Below, one piece after another: positions 19,490 through 29,278 of a stretch of DNA of 64,000 nucleotides. A program made the translations under genes and the position numbers. The notes under the pieces are model-generated. The model did no database searches. It saw only the letters and a list, made by a program, of their open reading frames with translations, and was not told the DNA's origin. Position 1 is the first letter of the stretch; each line of letters begins with the position of its first letter. This DNA comes from a virus: IMG/VR virus record IMGVR_UViG_3300031730_000001, positions 25,874 to 89,873 of that record. The stretch is one strand, 5' to 3'.

Positions 19490-19711
19490 ATGGACATCAT
19501 CGATCTGAACGAGAAGCGCCGTGAACGCGAGGAGCCCCAGCCGGAGCACGCGGCCTGCGAGTGCGGGGAGGCGTGGTTCGAACTGCGCGGCGGACCTACC
19601 GGGAACGGAGCGGTCTGCATGACGCCGGACGGCTGCATCACTGGATACGCAGGGACGCCGTGCTGCGTGAGCTGCGGGAAGCCCGTCACTTTGCGGGCCG
19701 CCGCAGAGTGA
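19490..19711 (+). CDS. Small zinc-ribbon-like protein
   Basis: CECG...CVSCG. Confidence 0.5.
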   Translation: MDIIDLNEKRREREEPQPEHAACECGEAWFELRGGPTGNGAVCMTPDGCITGYAGTPCCVSCGKPVTLRAAAE

Positions 19712-19749
19712 TCTACCAATCTGGGACGGGCTGGTAGATCACTAGTAGT

Positions 19750-19938
19750 TCACGCCGCCTCGACGAGCCCGTCCCGCTCGGCCGCCACAGCCACGGTCCA
19801 CTCATCCCGCAGCATCTCGTACCGCTGCCGCGTCTCCCCGTACAGCCAGCCGCCCGCCCGCGCGACGAGGGCACGGATCTCCTCATTCACCACAGCGGCA
19901 GGGCGCGGACGGCCCGAAGTGGGGGGAGTGGGGGGCAT
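19750..19938 (-). CDS. Hypothetical protein
   Basis: VNEEIRAL...RYE.L..EW...EAA. Confidence 0.55.
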   Translation of the reverse strand: MPPTPPTSGRPRPAAVVNEEIRALVARAGGWLYGETRQRYEMLRDEWTVAVAAERDGLVEAA

Positions 19939-19972
19939 GGTCAAAGTCTATCGGCGACCACTGTCAGAGCGT

Positions 19973-20188
19973 TTACTCCGCGGGCTCTTCGACCTCGACG
20001 ACGACGGTCGTCGTCTTGCGGACGAGCCGGTAGGACACGGACGGTGCGGCGTTGTCGCGAAACCAGGCCAGGCGTTCCACGGCATGGGCGCGGTCCGGGT
20101 GCCATTTGGTGGCTAGGTGCTGCTGGCCGCCGCTGTCGGCCTGGACGGCCCATTCTGCCGTCACGTCCTCAGTCGGACGGCGCGTCAT
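19973..20188 (-). CDS. Hypothetical protein
   Basis: 71 aa ORF. Confidence 0.5.
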   Translation of the reverse strand: MTRRPTEDVTAEWAVQADSGGQQHLATKWHPDRAHAVERLAWFRDNAAPSVSYRLVRKTTTVVVEVEEPAE

Positions 20189-20239
20189 GAGTCAAGCCCG
20201 ATAGGCGGTAGAGCGCGGCGCGCCGGGCGATCATCGCGG

Positions 20240-20425
20240 TCACTGGATTGCACGTCCTTCTGCAGTGAGGCGGCGGCGTCGATTCACGTAGCGGTGCAGG
20301 TCGCCGACAATGACGTCGGTCAGCGTGCGGCCTTCCGCCTTCGCCTCGGCCATGGCTGCGCTCCAAAGCTCGTCGGGCACGCGGATGTTGCGGAGTTTCG
20401 TCTCTCCTGTTGCTGGCCTTGCCAT
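20240..20425 (-). CDS. Ribbon-helix-helix DNA-binding protein
   Basis: MARPATGETKLRNIRVPDELW..A..EGRTLTDVI. Confidence 0.8.
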   Translation of the reverse strand: MARPATGETKLRNIRVPDELWSAAMAEAKAEGRTLTDVIVGDLHRYVNRRRRLTAEGRAIQ

Positions 20426-20439
20426 CTCTCCCCCTCGGA

Positions 20440-20522
20440 TCTGTAGGTACAGAAACTAGCATCCATATCGGTAGACGACTTGACAAGGGGACGCCGTGAG
20501 CGCATTCTGTAGGTACAGAAAC
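20440..20522. promoter_or_regulatory. Divergent promoter with two identical palindromic operators
   Basis: TCTGTAGGTACAGAAAC at 20440 and 20506; TTGACA(20480)-N17-CATTCT. Confidence 0.75.
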
Positions 20523-20544
20523 AGGAGCCCAGCAGGGAGAACGA

Positions 20545-20727
20545 ATGACCACCCACACTACCGCCCTCCAGCTGAAGCAGGGCGACGTCATCACCCTCTG
20601 CGGCCGTCGCGAGACCGTCACCCGGGTCGAAAACGCGGGTACCCACATCCACGTCTACGTGCCCGACGACCCGAGCGACCCGTACCTGCTCAAGCCCAAC
20701 GAGATCGTCCCCATCCACGCCAGCTGA
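20545..20727 (+). CDS. Small SH3/KOW-like protein
   Basis: ALQLKQGDVI..GRRETVT. Confidence 0.6.
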   Translation: MTTHTTALQLKQGDVITLCGRRETVTRVENAGTHIHVYVPDDPSDPYLLKPNEIVPIHAS

Positions 20728-20740
20728 TCAGGAGACGTCC

Positions 20741-20926
20741 ATGAGCGAGAAGCTCGCAGTCCAGCTTCGCCCCGGCGACCGGATCGTCATCGACGGCCGC
20801 ACGGAGACCGTCACCGGCACCGAACTTTCCCCGTCCGGCAACTGCTGGGTCGCCACCAACGTCAGGGGCGAGGCGGACGCCCACAGCCTCGGCTCCTTCG
20901 AGCGAGTCACCGTCAGCAACCGCTGA
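20741..20926 (+). CDS. Small SH3/KOW-like protein, paralog of 20545..20727
   Basis: AVQLRPGDRI..GRTETVT. Confidence 0.6.
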   Translation: MSEKLAVQLRPGDRIVIDGRTETVTGTELSPSGNCWVATNVRGEADAHSLGSFERVTVSNR

Positions 20927-20965
20927 CCCGCCCACCGCCCCGCCACTGTGCGGGGCTTCGGCATG

Positions 20966-21220
20966 TCAGCTCTCGGCGGGCGGCTCGCTCCGGTCAACGA
21001 CGTACAGGCCCATGCCCTGGATGGATTCGATGAGCCCTTCCTCCTTCAGGACTCTGGTCGCTTTGCGGAGGGTGTCGCGGGCGACCTCGTACTCCTGCTC
21101 CATCTCGACGGTGGAGGGGATGCGGCGGCCTGGGGGAATCGTGCCGTCCTTGATCTTCCGCCGGAGGTCGTCGGCGATCTGGAGGTACGGAGGTACAGGT
21201 CCCTCCCGGTCGATGATCAT
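20966..21220 (-). CDS. GntR-family winged-HTH regulator
   Basis: PPYLQIADDLRRKI..G..IPS...GLI...G.G.YV. Confidence 0.88.
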   Translation of the reverse strand: MIIDREGPVPPYLQIADDLRRKIKDGTIPPGRRIPSTVEMEQEYEVARDTLRKATRVLKEEGLIESIQGMGLYVVDRSEPPAES

Positions 21221-21365
21221 GCTTTGGACGCTAGCCCGCCACCCCCGGCACGCCATAGCTACCCCCAGGGGTGGTATGGGGTAGTAAGGTCCAATGGCGT
21301 AATGGAAGAGCCCCCAGGCCGCAGCTCACGCGACCCAGGGGCAAGCCGACGAACGGACCGTCGAC

Positions 21366-21557
21366 ATGCAGCAGCCTACGGACAGAGCAGCCCCCGAAAC
21401 AGAACCCGAACCACCGGACGAACCACCGTGCCCCTGCGGCAGCCGCGACCACCCTCCGCTGCGCATCGGCGACCAGCTCTCACCCAGCGGCGGCACCATA
21501 GGCCCCGTCTACGTGTGCCCCGCCGAATCCGCCAACGGGCTCCGAGGTGTGCTGTGA
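21366..21557 (+). CDS. Hypothetical protein
   Basis: Short Cys-containing ORF coupled (GTGA) to the next ORF. Confidence 0.4.
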   Translation: MQQPTDRAAPETEPEPPDEPPCPCGSRDHPPLRIGDQLSPSGGTIGPVYVCPAESANGLRGVL

Positions 21558-21733
21558 CCGCGCCCAAGCCGGGAGCCGACCGCGACGACATGTCCGGCGC
21601 CTGCCAGCTCGACGAGCACGGCTACTGCCACGGCAACATCGACCTCGCATCCGGGCCGGGGTCGGCCGTGCCGCTCCTGCGCTGCGGATGCCCCTGCCAC
21701 CGTGACCGGATACGGATCGAACGGCAGCAGTGA
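21554..21733 (+). CDS. Small Cys/His-rich protein
   Basis: C...H..C...CGCPCH. Confidence 0.45.
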   Translation: MTAPKPGADRDDMSGACQLDEHGYCHGNIDLASGPGSAVPLLRCGCPCHRDRIRIERQQ

Positions 21734-21914
21734 ACTCCCGGCCGCCGTGGACGGTGCGGCGGCCGGGGCTATGGCCAGAGGATCACAGCGGGCTAGATGT
21801 TCACACAGCTCACGAAGCCTCCGCAGATATATGCAGTGGGCACACTTCCGCTACCGGTGGTTCGGTTGTTGACTCGGATTCAGCACCACGGCGCAGCCCT
21901 CGCCGAGCAGCGCC

Positions 21915-22160
21915 TTAGCTGGCCTTGAGGAGGTCGGAGATGGTCACGCCGATGACTCGCGCGATACGAAGCAGCATCTCCAGTGAAGGGTTCGCCCGGC
22001 CGGCTTCGATCTCCTGATAGAAGCTCCGGGCTGCGGGGACCGCCAAGTACACCTGCTCTTGGGTGAGGTCGTGGTCCATGCGGGCATCCCGGATGCACTT
22101 GCCGATGCGCCGGCGTTCGCGTTGGAGCCAGGCGTCGTCGCTGGGGGGATCGGGAAGCAC
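21915..22160 (-). CDS. XRE-family HTH regulator
   Basis: IRDARMDHDLTQEQV...IEAGRANPSL..L.RIA. Confidence 0.85.
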   Translation of the reverse strand: MLPDPPSDDAWLQRERRRIGKCIRDARMDHDLTQEQVYLAVPAARSFYQEIEAGRANPSLEMLLRIARVIGVTISDLLKAS

Positions 22161-22325
22161 TCGACAAACGCTCTGACCTGCTTGATTATTAGTCAGCCCG
22201 GTGACACCGGGCATTTTATGATCTTGAGATGGAGTCCGATCCCCGCGCCGCTCCGTCGCGCCACCCCCCACCGGCAGCCCTGTGGTCCTGGCATATGCCG
22301 CAGGGCTTCAGGTAGTGTCCGAGAA

Positions 22326-22355
22326 TCGAACGCATGTTCACTCGAATGAGTGAAC
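22326..22355. promoter_or_regulatory. SOS-box-like site overlapping a second palindrome
   Basis: TCGAAC-GCAT-GTTCAC and GTTCACTC-GAAT-GAGTGAAC. Confidence 0.5.
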
Positions 22356-22456
22356 AACCGCATTGACCTGCAACCGTTAGGCAATACGGAAGGTCAGGCA
22401 CCCAAGAACGTGCCGACGGGCCATAGAGGGGCGCCCTCCGTTGTGGTCGCCGGCGC

Positions 22457-22495
22457 GAGCGCACCCCCAGCCCAGTGGGCTGGGGGTGCGTGCTC
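22457..22495. terminator. Strong hairpin
   Basis: GCACCCCCAGCCC-AGT-GGGCTGGGGGTGC. Confidence 0.65.
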
Positions 22496-22499
22496 ATTT

Positions 22500-22802
22500 C
22501 TGGGAGTCTGGGAGACGGATTGGGAGACGATCACACTGGCGGAACCCAACGAAACACCCAACGAATCCGACGGTAGCCAGAGAGAAATGGGCTCTATGCT
22601 GGAGAGACGCCAGATCGTCGCAGGTAAGGAAGGCTCAACGAAGAGTCTGGGGCGACGCGGGGGATCGTCTCAGGCGGGCGGCGTGAGGGCCAGCGGACGG
22701 TCACGCGGCCCCACTTCCCGCCCAGCAGGACACGCGTAGAGGACTGATCCCGGAGTCGTCAGAGTGATCTTCATTCTTGGGCTTGGGAGATTTCTGGGAG
22801 AT
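22500..22802. other. Putative attP with integrase arm-type repeats; core not identified
   Basis: TGGGAG(A) at 22501, 22509, 22521 and at 22784, 22795, adjacent to the integrase 3' end. Confidence 0.65.
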
Positions 22803-24075
22803 CCACTTGCGGTCCGCGCTCCGACCGGCGCGGGCGGGGCTCCTCCCACTCCCGGTGGTGGTCCCTCACGCCCGCCGAGGCCTCCCACAGCTTCTGCAGA
22901 TCCGCCGCGATGTCCAGCTCCATCGGCAGCGTCGTGTGGCTGTAGGTCCCCTCAACTCCAGGGATAACGTGCCGCATCCGCTCCTCGACCGCAACCCGCG
23001 GGTGCTTCAGCTCATCGAGCCACACCTTCATGCTGTGGCGCAGCCCGTGCGGCACGATGTCCTCGATCCCCGCCACGGCCCTCATGTCCGGCAGTCGCGC
23101 AGGGCGGCCGAGCTTGTCCGGCGTCGCCGTGTGGCCGTCCACCCAGCGGCGCCAGATGTCCGTGTAGAAGTAGGCGCTCGTCGACATCTTCTTGCCGTTG
23201 GCCGAGGGGAACACCCAAGGCGACTTGTGCGAGGCCAGCACCTCTCCCAGTAGTTCGGCGAGGAACGGAGGGATGATCAGGCTTCCCGAGCTGCCGTACT
23301 TCGGATCCACCTGCGCCGGCTTGCCGCCCACGTACTGGTGCTGTTCCTCCACCAGCAGCCGGAAACCCTGCCCGTGGTCTTCGAGGATGAGGTGTTCGCG
23401 GCGCAGGCCGGCCGCCTCGGATATCCGGAGCCCGCAGTAGGCGATCGTGAGAACCAGGGCGTAGCCGACGATGCCGCGCATGGCGCGGGCGTTGCGGGCC
23501 AGCAGCAGGGCCTGGCGCGGGGTAGCAAGGACTGTGTCGTCCTTCTTCGGCTTGCCCTTGTACTTGCCGCGCCGACGGGCCTTCAGTGTGGGCACCGGGT
23601 TGTCGCCGATCACCTTCGAGGTGACGGCGTCGTCGAACATGACCCGCATCACCGACATGACGCTCTTTACGTACCGGGGCTTGTAGCGCTTGCGCAGCTG
23701 CTGCTCCCACGTCTTCACAGCGACCGTGGACACATCGGCCATGGCGGTCGGCTCCCACCTGGGGAGGATCACGGACCGGAGGCGTTGCCGGTACGTCTTG
23801 TCGCTGCGGTTGGCGAGCTCCACCGACTCGATCCACAGTTCGGACCAGTCGCCGACCGTGATGCGGCCGTCCTTCGGGTTGATGAACTTCTTGCGGCGCA
23901 CGTCGGTTTCGAGGCCGGCCGCATACTTCGTGGCGGCGTTGGCGCTGTAGAAGGGCTGCCCGAGATCGTCACGACTGACGGAGCCGTAGTTGATGCCGTC
24001 GGGCAGCAGGTAGCGCCCGCGGTATCGGTACTTGCGAGCCTTCTTGTCGTAGCCGCGCTTCTCTGGGTACGCCAT
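22771..24075 (-). CDS. int: Tyrosine integrase
   Basis: N-terminal arm-binding region; CGLRISE, PHGLRH, MRH and GTYSH motifs. Confidence 0.93.
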   Translation of the reverse strand: MAYPEKRGYDKKARKYRYRGRYLLPDGINYGSVSRDDLGQPFYSANAATKYAAGLETDVRRKKFINPKDGRITVGDWSELWIESVELANRSDKTYRQRLRSVILPRWEPTAMADVSTVAVKTWEQQLRKRYKPRYVKSVMSVMRVMFDDAVTSKVIGDNPVPTLKARRRGKYKGKPKKDDTVLATPRQALLLARNARAMRGIVGYALVLTIAYCGLRISEAAGLRREHLILEDHGQGFRLLVEEQHQYVGGKPAQVDPKYGSSGSLIIPPFLAELLGEVLASHKSPWVFPSANGKKMSTSAYFYTDIWRRWVDGHTATPDKLGRPARLPDMRAVAGIEDIVPHGLRHSMKVWLDELKHPRVAVEERMRHVIPGVEGTYSHTTLPMELDIAADLQKLWEASAGVRDHHREWEEPRPRRSERGPQVDLPEISQAQE

Positions 24076-24140
24076 CGGTCACCTCGCGCGTCGATCACTC
24101 GGATGGCAGAACTGTGGCATGGCGTGGGGGATGTTGACCA

Positions 24141-24356
24141 TCAGCCGGTGACTGCTCTGAGGGTGCGCAGGACTATGTCCTCGTCGACACGCCGCCAGCC
24201 TGCGGCGGTGGTGCGCAGTATCCGCTCCAGCGCACTCGCGCCGCGCTCGGTGATCAGCTTTTTGTCGATGTAGATCGTGAAGCAGTCGAGGCCGTCATCG
24301 ATCCAGATCTCGACGTTGCACGGCATTCCGGAAACGCGCAGCACCCGCACAGGCAT
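24141..24356 (-). CDS. Hypothetical protein (immunity operon)
   Basis: 71 aa ORF between repressor and integrase. Confidence 0.55.
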   Translation of the reverse strand: MPVRVLRVSGMPCNVEIWIDDGLDCFTIYIDKKLITERGASALERILRTTAAGWRRVDEDIVLRTLRAVTG

Positions 24357-24460
24357 AGGTCCCCCAAGACCACTGCGGGCGCCCTCCGTTGCGGATCCGC
24401 ATATGACACCACACGTTTGAGTGGTGCGGGAGGGGATGTGCGCAATCCGTGTGCAGGCCG

Positions 24461-25018
24461 TTACGAACCGTTGGCAGCCTGAGGCTCGCCGTTGTCATCG
24501 TCGTCATCGGGAAGGCGACGCAGATTCTCTTCTGTCCGGCGCCAGGCGAGCAGCGCGTCCTGGATCTGCTGCGGCGTGGCGTCGGGGCTGCCGTGCACGA
24601 CCACGGTCATGCGGGCGCCGTTGGCGCCGGGCAGCTGGATGACGGTGGAATCGACCAGGGGGTCGTCGGACTCCAGTTCGTCCACGATCCGCAGCGAGTA
24701 CTTCCGCCGCAGCTTGTCCGCTTCCGCTCCGCCGCGGTCACCGGCCGGGACGTCCGAGGCGGGGATGGGCTCGCCGCCGTCGAGGACCAGGCGGCCCGAC
24801 CCGGCTTCCCATCCAAGATGTGGCTCGATCTTGGCCAGGGTTTGGGGCATACGGCCGCGCGGCTTGCCGGCTTCGAGGTTTTGGACGCTGCCCTCGCTGA
24901 CGCCGGCGCGTTCGGCGAGCTGAGGCTGTGTGAGACCACGGCCTTCGCGTGCCGCCCGGATGGCGGTTCCGAGTGCGGCCCAGTGCAGCTTGGTCCGGTC
25001 CTCTGTCATGGCCCTCAT
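24461..25018 (-). CDS. Immunity repressor (XRE HTH)
   Basis: IRAAREGRGLTQPQLAERAGVSEGSVQNLE; divergent from the Cro-like gene. Confidence 0.85.
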   Translation of the reverse strand: MRAMTEDRTKLHWAALGTAIRAAREGRGLTQPQLAERAGVSEGSVQNLEAGKPRGRMPQTLAKIEPHLGWEAGSGRLVLDGGEPIPASDVPAGDRGGAEADKLRRKYSLRIVDELESDDPLVDSTVIQLPGANGARMTVVVHGSPDATPQQIQDALLAWRRTEENLRRLPDDDDDNGEPQAANGS

Positions 25019-25196
25019 GATGCACCACGGCTAGGCAACACGCACCCACTGAATCCCCTAATTGACCAGGATTGATCGGTCTTTGGGTGGCTTTTTTGTT
25101 GCCTCGTTAGCGCCTCCTTGCGCTTGCGCCCCGCCTTCACTCCGACGCACTGCGTACATCTCTGGCCACAGCTCTTGACTGATGGCGACACCCGCC

Positions 25197-25237
25197 ACCC
25201 AACGAGGCCAAAGAAAGACCCAACGAAACCAACGGAA
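25197..25237. promoter_or_regulatory. Operator-like direct repeats in the genetic switch
   Basis: ACCCAACGAG, GCCAAAGAA, ACCCAACGAA, ACCAACGGAA. Confidence 0.55.
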
Positions 25238-25278
25238 CGCCTTGCGGATATCGCTTCGATGGGTCTACGTTGTGGCTC

Positions 25279-25533
25279 GTGAGACCCAATGGAGCCGCAA
25301 TGAAGGCCATCCGCGAGGCACGGGGGATCAGCCTTCAGCGGCTCGCGAAAGACATCGGCAGAGACGTCGGCTTCCTCTCCAAGGTCGAGAACGACCAGCA
25401 GGGAGCGGGAGACGAAACCCTCCACCGCTACGCCGAACGCCTGAACGTGCCAGTCAGAGCCATCACCCACAAGGAGACACCCCGTGACCAGGAACGACCT
25501 GGCTCCCCCCACCCCGGAGACGAACCCGACTGA
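25279..25533 (+). CDS. Cro-like HTH protein
   Basis: IREARGISLQRLA..IG...FLSKVE. Confidence 0.8.
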   Translation: MRPNGAAMKAIREARGISLQRLAKDIGRDVGFLSKVENDQQGAGDETLHRYAERLNVPVRAITHKETPRDQERPGSPHPGDEPD

Positions 25534-25822
25534 CCGCCCCGAGGTCGACGAAGCAACGCTCACACTCCGCCTCGCCGAGGCCGTAGAGCAGCTCACCGTC
25601 AGGCAGACGGCCGCCGACCTGGAACTCCGCTGCTTCACCCCCGCACAGGCCGCCGACATCCTCGGCAAGGGCGAGTGGTGGGTCCGCGAGGCCATCCGAG
25701 ACGGCCGAATCCCGTACACCACCGTCGGCAAGTCGCCGCGACTCACCGCCGCCCACATCCGCTGGATCCAGGCGAACGGCGAGCGAGTGCCCAACCAGTA
25801 CGCCAAGCCCATCACCGCCTGA
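25484..25822 (+). CDS. Excisionase-like HTH protein
   Basis: FTPAQAADILG...WVR...GRIP...VG...R. Confidence 0.72.
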   Translation: MTRNDLAPPTPETNPTDRPEVDEATLTLRLAEAVEQLTVRQTAADLELRCFTPAQAADILGKGEWWVREAIRDGRIPYTTVGKSPRLTAAHIRWIQANGERVPNQYAKPITA

Positions 25823-25926
25823 GACGGCAAGCGGCCCCTTCGCCGGTGGATCAGACCGGCAGCCGGGGCCAGCGGCCAAAGGCCGCGCGATCCACCCACA
25901 CCAACCATGAACAGAAGGGCGAACCG

Positions 25927-26367
25927 TTGCCTGACATCGTCTCATCCGCCCCCGAGGTCAAGCGAACCTCACCCGTAGTTGAGCTGCGGGATGCGGCGGC
26001 GAAGCTCCGCAAGCACGTGAAGCACGCGACCGAGGGCCCGTGGGTCACCAGTTCCGTCTGGTCGCCGCGAGCCACCTCGACGAGCGCCGTCTACTCCCAC
26101 GCCCACCTGGCTGGGTCGATCGAGTCCGAGGTTGTGGCTTCGGGTCGGATCCGGTCGGGCTACGGCGGGATCCGTGAGCCGTGGAACGCCGAGTACATCG
26201 CCCTCATGCAGCCAACTGTCGGTGCTGCGCTGGCCGACCTGTTGGAGCTGGAGGCCGACGTCATCGAGGCGCGGATCGTCGAGGAAGGCTCGGACGAGTT
26301 CGCGGTCGACCTCGGCGGCGACCACGCGCTGACCATCGCCCGCCTCATCAACGGCGGTGCCAAGTGA
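25927..26367 (+). CDS. Ead/Ea22-like protein
   Basis: ATEGPW...NAEYIALMQP.V..L. Confidence 0.55.
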   Translation: MPDIVSSAPEVKRTSPVVELRDAAAKLRKHVKHATEGPWVTSSVWSPRATSTSAVYSHAHLAGSIESEVVASGRIRSGYGGIREPWNAEYIALMQPTVGAALADLLELEADVIEARIVEEGSDEFAVDLGGDHALTIARLINGGAK

Positions 26368-27182
26368 CAACGCCGATCGTGTTCACCTTCCCTGAGACCG
26401 CACAGCACGTGCGGTCCGTGATGGTCGACGGCGAGCCGTGGTTCGTCGGCAAGGACGCCTGCGATGGCGTCGGCATCGTCAAGTATCGCGACGCTCTCGT
26501 TCAGCTCGATGAGGACGAGAGGGTGTCCATGGCCGTGGACACCCCTGGCGGCGCCCAGCAGATGGTGCTCGTATCCGAGGCCGGCGTGTACGCCCTGCTG
26601 CTCATCTCTCGCTCGCCGAAGGTGAAGCCGTTCCGCCGCTGGCTCACGCACGAGGTGCTGCCCGCGCTCCGCCGGACCGGCTCGTACTCGGTTGAGGTGG
26701 CCCCCGCCTTCCCGGTGCCGCGCACTCTGCCGGAGGCGCTGCGGGCCTTCGCCAACGAGGTCGAGGCCCACGACGAGACGAAGCAGCGCGTCGCCGAGCT
26801 GGAGCCGGCTGCTGCCGCGTGGGACAAGCTCGCCGCCGCCGATCAGGACTTCTCGGTCCGGGAGGCCGCGCACATCCTCAACCGCGACCCGCACATCGAG
26901 ACCGGGGAGCGTCGCCTGTTCGCGGTGCTGCGCGGCATGGGCCTGGTCGACAAGACGGACCGCCCGTACCAGAAGCACACCGCGCACGTCCGCCTTCGCC
27001 CGCGCTCGTACACGAACCCGGTCACGGATGAAGAGACCCCGGCGAAGCCGCAGGTCCGCGTGACATTGCAGGGCATCGCCTACCTCCACAAGCGGCTCGG
27101 CGGCGCGGTCAACGTGCACCGCCTGGTCGCCGAGGAGCAGCTGGCCCTGCCCGCCTCGACCGGAGCGGAGATCACCCGATGA
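26364..27182 (+). CDS. Antirepressor (BRO-N plus ANT/KilAC)
   Basis: DGEPWFVGKD, SEAGVY, WLTHEVLPALRRTGSY, VRVT..G..YL. Confidence 0.88.
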   Translation: MTTPIVFTFPETAQHVRSVMVDGEPWFVGKDACDGVGIVKYRDALVQLDEDERVSMAVDTPGGAQQMVLVSEAGVYALLLISRSPKVKPFRRWLTHEVLPALRRTGSYSVEVAPAFPVPRTLPEALRAFANEVEAHDETKQRVAELEPAAAAWDKLAAADQDFSVREAAHILNRDPHIETGERRLFAVLRGMGLVDKTDRPYQKHTAHVRLRPRSYTNPVTDEETPAKPQVRVTLQGIAYLHKRLGGAVNVHRLVAEEQLALPASTGAEITR

Positions 27183-28920
27183 GCGACTACCCGAATTCCG
27201 ACATGGACCCGTTCTGGGTCGAGCAGCGCACCAGGTTCCTTGCCGAGCGGAGCACTTGCGCCGAGCCGAACGCGTGCCACGCAGCCGTGTGGGCCATCGG
27301 CCAGTACGACGCCGCCCGTCAGGCGGTGTCGGTATGACGGGGCGCCGCGAGGTCCGTGTGGTCCTCCACCAGCCCGCCGGGTCCGTCCCGCACGAGTCGG
27401 CCTTCAAGCACACCGACATTGACGGCGACCGGCTCCTGATCAGCACCGCGCTGTTCGACGACGGCACGCCCGGCATCTACTTCCGCACCGACCCCAACGG
27501 GTCGTCCATCACGTTGGCCGAACTCCCGGGTCTCATCGCCCAGTTGCAGGTCATCGCCGACGCCTCCCAGGCGGAAGCGGACGAGGCGGAGGCCACGTCA
27601 TGACCCGCCCGGTCGGCCGCCTCGACGTCCCGCTGCCGACGCTGACCGAGCGCCTGAACCTACTGCTGGCCGACCCGCTGGCCGGTGTCCACGGCCAGCA
27701 CGCCACATCCGGCGAGGGCGCCGAGATGCGGCATCTGCTCTACGACGCCGACGACGACGCATCGACCCCCGCCTTCCCGTATCCGACCGCCCAGGAGGCG
27801 TCGAAGTGACTGCGATCTCGCTCCTCTCCATCAAGGTCGACTCACCGCCCGAGCAGCTCAGCCTCGACCCCGAGTACGGGCTGCTGCTGCGCCTCGAAGT
27901 CGGCGTCCACCTCGACCTGTCGGACGCATCGGAAGCGACCTGCCGCGCCATGGCCCGGCTCCTCATGCAGGCGGCCCGCATCAAGGCCAGCCAGACGCTG
28001 AAGCAGGTGGCGTGATGGCGACCGCCGTAGACCCCCGCCCGCTGGCCGATCTGGCGATGGACGCCCTCGTCCGCGTCGAGAAGGAGATGGAACGCCGTGC
28101 GCACGGTGTCCGACCGTGGCCGATCGCCGACATGCTCGACCAGAACGCTGCTGAGCACGCCCGGTTCGAGATCGCGCGCCGAGTCCGGCTCGGGCGGGTG
28201 GCGGCGTGACCATTCTCCTCGACGGCACCGCCATCGACCTCGACCGCGTACAGGTCGCGTTGGATGGCTCCCGCTGGCTGTGGACGTGCGAGCACAGCGA
28301 GTCCGGTCAGCCGCTCATGCAGCGCATCGACCGGCCGCACACCGTGCCCGCCCCGCTCGCCGACGTGTACCAGGCGCACGGGCCACTCGCCGCACAGGCC
28401 GCACCCACCACCGCCGCCATGTACCGGCAAGTCATGGAGGCCGCCTCGTGAGCGGCGGAGAACTGGGCCAGTCCGTAGGGGCGGTTAGTGCGCCCACCGC
28501 CCGGCAGGCCCGCGCTGCGGCCGTGCACTGCGCGGACCGGATCGCCGCCGAACACCGGCACCCGCTCGACGACGTCATGCCGAAGCGCGCCGGCCGGACG
28601 CTCGCCCAGGACCCGGCCATCGCCGCTGGGGTCCTCGAACTCCTCAACGTGCTCGGGCTCGTCACCACCAAGCGGCAGCCGGAAGGAGCCGAGTCGTGAT
28701 CGGCAACATCATCCTCGGGCTCGCCCTCGGAGTCCTCGTCACCTCCGCAGTCAGCTTCGGGCGCTGGACGGCCCGCCGCGACATCCGCCGCCAGGACGCC
28801 CGCGAAGCGGCAGCCGACGCCACCGAGGTCAGCATCGCCGAAGCCACCGCCCGGGACTTCGCCGACAGCGACGCCGCCGGATACATCGACCGCACCGGAC
28901 TGGAGAACGACCGTGCCTGA
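27179..28920 (+). other. Run of small coupled hypothetical genes (27179-27337, 27334-27603, 27600-27809, 27806-28015, 28015-28209, 28206-28451, 28448-28699, 28696-28920)
   Basis: Consecutive ORFs with ATGA/GTGA/TGATG overlaps. Confidence 0.65.
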
Positions 28921-29278
28921 CACCGCCACCGGACCGACCGATACCGAGATCGCCGAACTGTGCGACCAGGCCGCCAACGTCATCGACGCCAACGGCCACT
29001 GCAAGCGGGACCTATACGACCACAAGCAGGCTGCGGGCGGCACCAGGCTCGCCGACTGCCGGGTCGACATCATCGGCGCCCTCAACATCGCCGCCCACGA
29101 CACACCCGTCTACACCGGCCGCGACCTGCGCGTGTGGGCGGCAGAGCAGGCCATCCTCGCCCGGATCCCGGAGGCGGCGATCGTCACCTGGAACGACGCC
29201 CGCGGCCACGGCAAACGGGAAGCGATGAAGCTGCTCCGCGACACCGCGGCCGGCCTGCGTGCGGGGGTGGCCGCGTGA
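28913..29278 (+). CDS. DUF6197-like protein
   Basis: A...I...G...IIGAL...WND..G...L..AA. Confidence 0.55.
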   Translation: MPDTATGPTDTEIAELCDQAANVIDANGHCKRDLYDHKQAAGGTRLADCRVDIIGALNIAAHDTPVYTGRDLRVWAAEQAILARIPEAAIVTWNDARGHGKREAMKLLRDTAAGLRAGVAA

